The notes under the pieces were generated by a model, which saw nothing but the letters and a program-made list of their open reading frames with translations, was not told where the DNA came from and did no database searches. From a bacterium (GTDB taxonomy: Bacteria; SAR324; NAC60-12), in NCBI GenBank assembly GCA_965233585.1, contig CBDDTI010000747.1, forward strand, positions 160,001 through 224,000: a stretch of 64,000 bases of DNA, in the 5' to 3' direction. The position numbers and the translations under genes were made by a program. This document shows, one piece after another, positions 57,298 through 64,000 of this stretch (position 1 is its first letter; each line of letters opens with the position of its first letter).

Positions 57298-59109
57298 TTG
57301 ACTGGCGTATCCGTGTTTACCATCTCCTACCAAAAGTTTGCTGTGATCTTCCTTTTTATGTTGGCTGCAATCGCATTGACAGCAACAGGAGCCGTCCTTT
57401 CAGGTTCAGCAGCAGAGCGAATCATCACAGTGTTTTTTATCTCTTTAATTGCTGTGGTCGGCATGGGCATTTACAGTGGCAATAGTGGAATTTTGAGCTT
57501 TGGACATTTGGCATTTATGGGCATTGGGGCATACGCTTCGGCATTGCTCACTGTGCCAACCCGACTCAAAATTGCCACTCTACCACATCTTCCCTCATGG
57601 CTTCAACAAACACAGCTAAGCCTTGAAATAGCATTGCTCATTGGCATTGTTTTGACTATGATTGTTGCCCTCGTCATTGGGCTTGCCTTGAGTCAGTTAT
57701 CTGGGGCATCTGCCACTATTGCAACATTAGGGGTCTTGATTATTGTGCATGGCATTTTGATAGGTTGGAGAGACTTCACCAGAGGCTCACAATCTTTTTT
57801 TGGGGTACCTCGTGAGACAACCGTTTGGATTGCAGCAGCAGGTTGTTTGATGGCTTTAGTCGTTGCATCTCTTTACCGTGAATCTGCATCAGGCTTGAGG
57901 CTTCGGGCGTGTCGTGAGAATGCGGTTGCTTCCCGCTCTGTCGGTGTCAACATCTACCGTGAATCCTTGATTGCGTGGGTCATCAGTGCTGGAATCATGG
58001 CATTAGCTGGTGGGTTGTTAGCCCATTTTTTGGGAGCATTCAGTCCCAAGAAATTTTACTTTGTAGATACTTTTTTCTTGCTGTCTATGCTGATTGTTGG
58101 TGGAATGAACACCGTCACTGGTGCTGTGATTGGCAGTGTTTTGATCACTTTCATCAGTGAATTATTAAGAAGGCTAGAAAGTGGTTTTGAACTCTTTGGT
58201 ATAGAAATCCCTGCTGTTTTTGGAACGACTCAAATTGGAATCAGCTTGCTCATTTTATTTGTGATGTTTCGTAAATCTGATGGAGTGGCAGGCTATCAAG
58301 AGTGGTATGAACTCCTGTTTAAAAAATTTTCTCTTGACCAGTTGAACGCTCCTTCTTCTGCTGTTGAAGTGAAAAAGCATCAGCAAGCTCACAAGTTGCA
58401 AGTAGAAAAAATCAGCAAGCATTTTGGGGGTGTGAAAGCCGTCAATGACATCAGTATGACTTTAAAATCTGGGCAAATGACAGGATTGATTGGTCCTAAT
58501 GGTTCTGGCAAAACCACCTTGCTTAATCTCTTGTCAGGAGTTCTTCCTCCCACTTCTGGACAAATGCACGTCGGTCAAAGTTCTTTAGCTAAACTACCCT
58601 TGCATCAATTTTTCCGATACGGCATTGCCCGCACCTTCCAAAATATTCATCTTTTCAATCACTTGACTGTCATGCAAAATGTGATGGTCTCTGTTTTAAA
58701 TCAAAATAAATCTACCCATGCAAAAGTCTTGCAACAAGAATGTCTCACACTGCTCAAACGTCTGGGACTTTTGGAAAAGGCAGATGTTTTTGCAGGGACA
58801 CTTTCTTATGGGGATCAACGAAGAGTTGAAATTGCACGGGCTTTGGCTCTAAAGCCTTCTCTTTTGTTACTAGATGAACCTGCCGCAGGCATGAATCATT
58901 TGGAGACACAAGAGTTAACTCAGACTCTCCAAGAACTTTGCCAGCAAGAACAAATTGGTCTTTTGCTTGTAGATCACGATTTGAAATTGATCCACTCGTT
59001 GTGCCATGAGGTGTATGTCATGAATGAAGGACATCTGATTGCACACGGAACACCTGATGAGGTTATACGGTCTCAGCAGGTCATTCATGCTTATTTAGGG
59101 CAGTCTTAA
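57298..59109 (+). CDS. Liv-type ABC permease-ATPase fusion (LivM-LivG)
   Basis: SFGHLAFMGIGAY permease followed by GPNGSGKTT, LSYGDQRRVEIARAL, LDEPAAG. Start uncertain. Confidence 0.88.
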   Translation: MTGVSVFTISYQKFAVIFLFMLAAIALTATGAVLSGSAAERIITVFFISLIAVVGMGIYSGNSGILSFGHLAFMGIGAYASALLTVPTRLKIATLPHLPSWLQQTQLSLEIALLIGIVLTMIVALVIGLALSQLSGASATIATLGVLIIVHGILIGWRDFTRGSQSFFGVPRETTVWIAAAGCLMALVVASLYRESASGLRLRACRENAVASRSVGVNIYRESLIAWVISAGIMALAGGLLAHFLGAFSPKKFYFVDTFFLLSMLIVGGMNTVTGAVIGSVLITFISELLRRLESGFELFGIEIPAVFGTTQIGISLLILFVMFRKSDGVAGYQEWYELLFKKFSLDQLNAPSSAVEVKKHQQAHKLQVEKISKHFGGVKAVNDISMTLKSGQMTGLIGPNGSGKTTLLNLLSGVLPPTSGQMHVGQSSLAKLPLHQFFRYGIARTFQNIHLFNHLTVMQNVMVSVLNQNKSTHAKVLQQECLTLLKRLGLLEKADVFAGTLSYGDQRRVEIARALALKPSLLLLDEPAAGMNHLETQELTQTLQELCQQEQIGLLLVDHDLKLIHSLCHEVYVMNEGHLIAHGTPDEVIRSQQVIHAYLGQS

Positions 59110-59145
59110 ATAGGCTTTGATTAACCTTATTTTCATAACTTAAAA

Positions 59146-60318
59146 ATGAATAAATTACGTATCAAATTGGCTGGGGCAACTTCAACAGCCGTCTTTTTGG
59201 CTTCTTCTCTGTTCACATTGGGGGCTGAAACACTTCACATTGGTCTTGCTGTCTCCAAAACAGGTGGACTTGCACCCTACGATACCCCTGTGGTGGAGGG
59301 AATCCGAATTGCTGTGGAAGAATTGAACAAGAAAGGTGGGGTGATGGGAAAAATCAAGATTCAACTCAAGGAGAAGGACGTGCGTTCTGATGCCGCACAA
59401 ACTTCTATTGCAGTGCAAGAACTTGTAGATGATGGAGTCTCTGTGATGGTGCTACCTTGTGATGCTGACCCTGCCTTGGCAGCTGCAGACATCTTAGACC
59501 GTGCTCAAATCCCCGGCATCTCCACTTGTGCCTCTTCTCCTACTTTGCCTCTCATCGGTGGGGATTATATCTTTGCCAACATGCCCGGGGATAATATTCA
59601 AGCCACAGTTCTAGCAGAATGGGCATACAAGCAAGGGCATCGCCAAGCCTACATCTTGTATTCTCCTGACAGCCAATATACTTCCATGCCTCTTTATTTT
59701 GGAGACGTCTTTGAAAAACTAGGTGGAAAGCTCATTGGCAAAGATGTCTATTCACTTGGACAGCAAGACTTTTCTGCCATCGTCACCAAAATTCAAGCAC
59801 TTTCTCCACAGCCTGATGTGATTATGACCTCTGCTTACGAGCCAGATTTTCCCTCTTTCATCAAAGCATTAAGGTCTGCAGGAGTGGAAGCCCAAGTTTT
59901 AGGGTCTGACGGAATTGACAGCCCGACAACTTTTTCTTTAGGGAAAGCAGGAGAAGGTGTTGTTTTCTCCACTGCAGGACATGCCACATCAGGCAGCCGT
60001 TTAGAAAAATTCAACAAACTCTACAAAAAACAGACAGGCAAGGCATCTGAAACTGTCTTTAATGCCGTTGGCTATGATTTAATCACCGTCGTCAAAGAAG
60101 CCGTGATTCAGTCAGGTGGAAGCACCGACTCTAAAAAAATTCGCAACGCCCTTGCTAATTTGGAAGATGTCAAAGGAAGCACCAGCACCATCACTTACAA
60201 AGGCACGACAGGAATGCCAATACGTCAGGTGTCCTTGATTCGTGTCAAAAAAAGCGAGCGAGAACTGGTTGGACAAATTGCTCCCACTCCTTCATTAGTC
60301 CCTGCACCACGCTTGTAG
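59146..60318 (+). CDS. Liv-type ABC substrate-binding protein
   Basis: Signal peptide, ELNKKGG, QDFSAIVTKI. Confidence 0.88.
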   Translation: MNKLRIKLAGATSTAVFLASSLFTLGAETLHIGLAVSKTGGLAPYDTPVVEGIRIAVEELNKKGGVMGKIKIQLKEKDVRSDAAQTSIAVQELVDDGVSVMVLPCDADPALAAADILDRAQIPGISTCASSPTLPLIGGDYIFANMPGDNIQATVLAEWAYKQGHRQAYILYSPDSQYTSMPLYFGDVFEKLGGKLIGKDVYSLGQQDFSAIVTKIQALSPQPDVIMTSAYEPDFPSFIKALRSAGVEAQVLGSDGIDSPTTFSLGKAGEGVVFSTAGHATSGSRLEKFNKLYKKQTGKASETVFNAVGYDLITVVKEAVIQSGGSTDSKKIRNALANLEDVKGSTSTITYKGTTGMPIRQVSLIRVKKSERELVGQIAPTPSLVPAPRL

Positions 60319-60332
60319 GCATTTTTTACTTT

Positions 60333-60361
60333 TGACCTGTTTCTCCAACAAAAACAGGTCA
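60333..60361 (+). terminator. Hairpin after the substrate-binding protein gene
   Basis: TGACCTGTTT...AAACAGGTCA. Confidence 0.5.
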
Positions 60362-60471
60362 GAGGCTTTTAGGAATTTTCAGTGACCCAAAGAACATGCA
60401 GGCTTTTAAAATGTAGATTCGCAAATGGCAAGCACACTAGAATGCTAATTTTCAAATTGATATAAATCACA

Positions 60472-61416
60472 ATGAATATTGTAAAAAAACTAGAGGAATT
60501 TGTATCAAGGGTATTCAAAACAACATTGGAGGTATTTTTTGAATCTTTGAAATTAAGCCCTAATGCACAGGGTTACATTAGTGGCTCTATTACAGAGCTG
60601 TTATTGAAAAAAAAGTTGGAGCAACAAGGTCTCATCGTGAAGCGAATTAAAGAAAAATGGCAAGGACAAAAACATCATCGTCACTGCGGAGATTTTTATA
60701 TAAAACACAAAGAAAGTTGGTTCGTTTTAGAATCCAAAGGAATCAAATCTAACTCAGAAAAATGGCATAAACTTTATAATTATGAGAAGCTTAAATCTTT
60801 TCTTTTTACTTACAGAGATAAGATTCATTGGATTGACCAAAGTGAGGTAGCTGAACAACAAATAGATCAGTGGATTAAAGCTTATCTTCCAAAGTTTTTC
60901 AATGATTATCAAGAAACTCTTTACGATTACGAAGAAATTATCAAATATAAGGTTTCTCAAAAAAAGACAAAAAAATCTGAAGCAATAGAAAAACTAAAAG
61001 GTTATTCAAGAGAAGAAATGGCACAAATCATTGACGAAAGGCTTGAATATCTAACAAATCAAATTCAAGTTTTAGAAACTCATTTAGTTTCAGGGACAGG
61101 AGGTTCAAATAAACGAACCCAAGCTACACCAAGAAAAGATGAATTTAACCTTCTTTCAGTGGATATATTCTTGAAGTATCAAGAACATAAGTTTTTATTT
61201 GCAAACCCTCAAAATCTGGAATCATCTGGAGTTGATTCCAATCATTTACAACAAAACTATGTGATAGGATTTGTTTTTCAAGGCAATAACCTTTGCTTAT
61301 TTGATGAATGGAGTGGAAACTTTGATGAGGTATTAGATACCGTTCAACTAAGTGATGCTATCAAAGAAGAAGATATGCAGATAGATACCAGAAACGTTGT
61401 TTACGAAAATGAATGA
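60472..61416 (+). CDS. Putative Type II restriction endonuclease (PD-(D/E)XK)
   Basis: E...GDFYI...VLESKG catalytic-like motif; overlaps the MTase gene; AT-rich. Confidence 0.65.
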   Translation: MNIVKKLEEFVSRVFKTTLEVFFESLKLSPNAQGYISGSITELLLKKKLEQQGLIVKRIKEKWQGQKHHRHCGDFYIKHKESWFVLESKGIKSNSEKWHKLYNYEKLKSFLFTYRDKIHWIDQSEVAEQQIDQWIKAYLPKFFNDYQETLYDYEEIIKYKVSQKKTKKSEAIEKLKGYSREEMAQIIDERLEYLTNQIQVLETHLVSGTGGSNKRTQATPRKDEFNLLSVDIFLKYQEHKFLFANPQNLESSGVDSNHLQQNYVIGFVFQGNNLCLFDEWSGNFDEVLDTVQLSDAIKEEDMQIDTRNVVYENE

Positions 61417-63400
61417 GGCTATGTATCAAAATGTATTATTTAAAAATCATTTAGATAATCTCTTGCATAGATTTGAAGAAATACATAACTTTATCTATGC
61501 AAACGATGGATTGTCAGAACAACAAGTCTTAGAAGAAATAGTCAAGATACTATTTACTAAGTACTATGATGAACAACATGCAGAGACTCTATTTTATGCA
61601 AGGATCAATGAATCTAGTCATCATTCTAGTTTTATAGACAGAATTTACAATCTATTTGAGCAAACTAAGCAAAAGTATCAACCTTATTTTGATAGTAAAG
61701 AAAATTTAAAACTAAGTCACCAATCTTTGTTCTTTGTAATTAATAGTTTACAAGATATTCATTTTTCAAAATCAACGAAGGATGTCGGAGGTCTTGCGTT
61801 TCAGAAATTTTTGGGAAGACATGCAAAATGCGGAAGAGGTCAGTTTTTTACTCCTGATCCAGTTGTTGACTTCTGTGTAAAAATGATCAAACCCAGGCCA
61901 AATGAAAAAATTATTGACCCCGCATGTGGGACAGGAAGTTTTTTGTTTTCCTCCTTAAACTACATCAAAGAATTATACAAAGATGAAAGTATACACGATT
62001 ACGTCAAAAACAACTTGTTTGGAATAGAAATCAATAAAAGAGTCTCACAAATTGCCAAAATCAAATTCTTGATAGAAACTAATTCTGACCCCAATATCAT
62101 CTGTCATAATGCACTAAAATCTCTAAATAGTATCAGTTTTTTAAACATCAAATGCACTAGTCATTTTTACGATGTTGTACTGACCAATCCACCATTCGGG
62201 ACACAAGGAAAAGTTTTTGAAAAAGAAATTTTATCAAACTACGATTTAGGTCATAAATGGAACGAACTAGACAGTATTTACTACAAGTCAGACAAACTGC
62301 TAAAAGGCCAAATACCAGATGTTTTATTTATTGAACAGTGTCTAAATCTTTTAAAACCTAGTGGTAGATTAGGGATCGTTTTACCAAATGGACATTTTGA
62401 AAACGCTTCTATGCAATATTTGAGAGACTACATAAAAGAAAAAGCATTTGTTATAGCTATTGTCTCTCTTCCTCAAGAAACGTTTATACCTTATGGTACA
62501 GGGGTGAAGTCTTCTTTGCTTTTTTTACAAAAAAAACAAGACATGGTAACAAGACATCGTCAAATATTTTTCAGTAAAATCAATAAAATAGGATATACTG
62601 GAAACAAAAATGGGACTCCCGTTTACAAAAAAAATACAGCAGGTGAAATAGATGAAGATTTGACAGAATCCATCAATGATTATCATCATTTTTTAAAAAA
62701 TCAATCAATCAAAAATAGTAGATCTTTTTCCATTTCATCTCAAGAGCTAAACAATCGCTTCGATTATGATTACTATTCACCTGAAAATAGAAATTTGATT
62801 ACTATCTTAAAAAAATTAGACGCAGTAAAAATTGAAGACATTGCAAACATAGTAAAAGTTAAATCTTCTAGGATAAAATTAGACAATATTGTTCAATACA
62901 TAGAATTATCTGATATTTATGTCAAGTATTTTGAAATTGTGAACAGCTCATCTTTGTTAGCAAGTGAATTACCAAGTAGAGCCAGTTATGAAGTAAGGAA
63001 CGGTGATATTATTACTGCTGTAGCAGGGAACTCCATCGGTACCAAAAAACATGCTACAGCCTATGTGACTCAAGAGTACGACAAATCTATTTGTACAAAT
63101 GGATTTAGAGTTTTAAGAGATAGTCAAATCAGTCACTACTACTTGCTATACTATTTTCAAAGCGATTTATTTTTGCAACAAATATTGATGTATAGAACAG
63201 GTGCTGCGATTCCAGCAATATCTGATAAAGATTTTTCAAAAATATTAGTTTATTTACCAGCTAAAGAAAAAATGGATAAGATCATCTTCCAAATGAAAAA
63301 TTTTTTTAAATTGAGAGATGATGCTAATTGTGTACTTTCAAAAATAGACAAAGAAGACGATACGAATTCTATTCTGGTCCATCACGTATCTTTCAGATAG
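61409..63400 (+). CDS. N6-adenine DNA methyltransferase (gamma class) fused to a single HsdS-like TRD
   Basis: GQFFTP, IDPACGTG, TNPPFG; C-terminal RFDYDYY...LPSRA..GDII...TGAAIPAIS TRD. Confidence 0.9.
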   Translation: MNEAMYQNVLFKNHLDNLLHRFEEIHNFIYANDGLSEQQVLEEIVKILFTKYYDEQHAETLFYARINESSHHSSFIDRIYNLFEQTKQKYQPYFDSKENLKLSHQSLFFVINSLQDIHFSKSTKDVGGLAFQKFLGRHAKCGRGQFFTPDPVVDFCVKMIKPRPNEKIIDPACGTGSFLFSSLNYIKELYKDESIHDYVKNNLFGIEINKRVSQIAKIKFLIETNSDPNIICHNALKSLNSISFLNIKCTSHFYDVVLTNPPFGTQGKVFEKEILSNYDLGHKWNELDSIYYKSDKLLKGQIPDVLFIEQCLNLLKPSGRLGIVLPNGHFENASMQYLRDYIKEKAFVIAIVSLPQETFIPYGTGVKSSLLFLQKKQDMVTRHRQIFFSKINKIGYTGNKNGTPVYKKNTAGEIDEDLTESINDYHHFLKNQSIKNSRSFSISSQELNNRFDYDYYSPENRNLITILKKLDAVKIEDIANIVKVKSSRIKLDNIVQYIELSDIYVKYFEIVNSSSLLASELPSRASYEVRNGDIITAVAGNSIGTKKHATAYVTQEYDKSICTNGFRVLRDSQISHYYLLYYFQSDLFLQQILMYRTGAAIPAISDKDFSKILVYLPAKEKMDKIIFQMKNFFKLRDDANCVLSKIDKEDDTNSILVHHVSFR

Positions 63401-63405
63401 ACACC

Positions 63406-63999
63406 ATGCCCCTTTTAAAAACCAAAAATCTGCACGTGCGTTATGGAAGTATTCAAGCAGTGCGGGGAGTGGATTTTGAAGTCCACGAAGGCGAAGTGGT
63501 CGTCTTGCTTGGTGCAAATGGAGCAGGCAAGTCTTCCACACTCAATGCCATGATGGGATTAGTGCCAACAGCTCAAGGACAAGTGCTTTTAAATGGGCAA
63601 GACATCACTAACCAAGCAACTGAAAAGTTAGCCAAGCAGGGAATCACTTTGTGTCCTGAAGGCAGAAGGGTTTTTGGGACTTTGTCTGTTGCAGAAAATC
63701 TGTTGTTGGGTGCTTATACTGTTCAAAAGAAGGAACAGATGCAGGAAAGCCTTGAGTTTGTTTATTCACTCTTTCCCATTTTGTATGAAAGGCAACAACA
63801 ATACGCAGGGACGCTTTCAGGCGGACAACAACAAATGCTTGCAGTAGCTCGTGCCTTGATGTGCCAGCCACGCCTGTTGCTGTTAGATGAACCCTCTCTT
63901 GGATTAGCTCCTAAAATTGTTGATGAGATGTTTCAGCTCCTGCTCAAGCTCAAAAGTCAAGGTATCACTTTAACACTGGTAGAGCAAAACGTGCATCAA
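63406..63999 (+). CDS. livF: Liv-type ABC ATP-binding protein (LivF-like), 3'-truncated by the window edge
   Basis: MPLLKTKNLHVRYGSIQAVRG, GANGAGKSST, PEGRRVF, LSGGQQQMLA, LDEPSLGLAP. Absent from the ORF track because it has no stop in the window. Confidence 0.9.
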   Translation, partial: MPLLKTKNLHVRYGSIQAVRGVDFEVHEGEVVVLLGANGAGKSSTLNAMMGLVPTAQGQVLLNGQDITNQATEKLAKQGITLCPEGRRVFGTLSVAENLLLGAYTVQKKEQMQESLEFVYSLFPILYERQQQYAGTLSGGQQQMLAVARALMCQPRLLLLDEPSLGLAPKIVDEMFQLLLKLKSQGITLTLVEQNVHQ

Positions 64000-64000
64000 G

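Noticed and set aside
63338..63871. Minus-strand ORFs 63338-63541 and 63644-63871
   Set aside because: Shadows of the + strand livF gene that runs off the window.

Overview
A 64-kb window from a moderately AT-rich Gram-negative bacterium. The futalosine menaquinone genes, long-form IspG and GlmU-like protein suggest a deltaproteobacteria/SAR324-like, possibly host-associated organism (inference only). Housekeeping content: glgX, argC, glnA, manC, tRNA-Thr/Tyr/Thr/Trp-secE-nusG-rplKAJL-tRNA-Phe, mqnE-ribE-mqnD, rluD, ispG, nth and mnmE. Accessory regions: (i) a defence island at about 0.6-11.4 kb with a frameshifted Type ISP restriction-modification gene, two toxin-antitoxin pairs, truncated SNF2 and DUF3782-like genes and a row of micro membrane ORFs. 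It is punctuated by a GTCATT...AATGAC palindromic element family that flanks the TA cassettes and also sits in-frame inside the Type ISP gene. (ii) An intact IS1 with a 9-bp target duplication. (iii) An AT-rich fdtA/fdtB sugar island. (iv) Surface repeat proteins: two 7-blade RCC1/BLIP-II-like lipoproteins with shuffled blades and hypervariable loops (each followed by a convergent tandem-repeat coiled-coil gene), two Ig-like-repeat stalk lipoproteins with structured 5' leaders, and a Kelch protein. (v) A Type II-like RM pair inserted inside a Liv-type ABC operon. The best candidates for a new system are the palindrome-delimited defence cassettes with palindrome-derived protein loops, and the blade-shuffling propeller lipoprotein repertoire.
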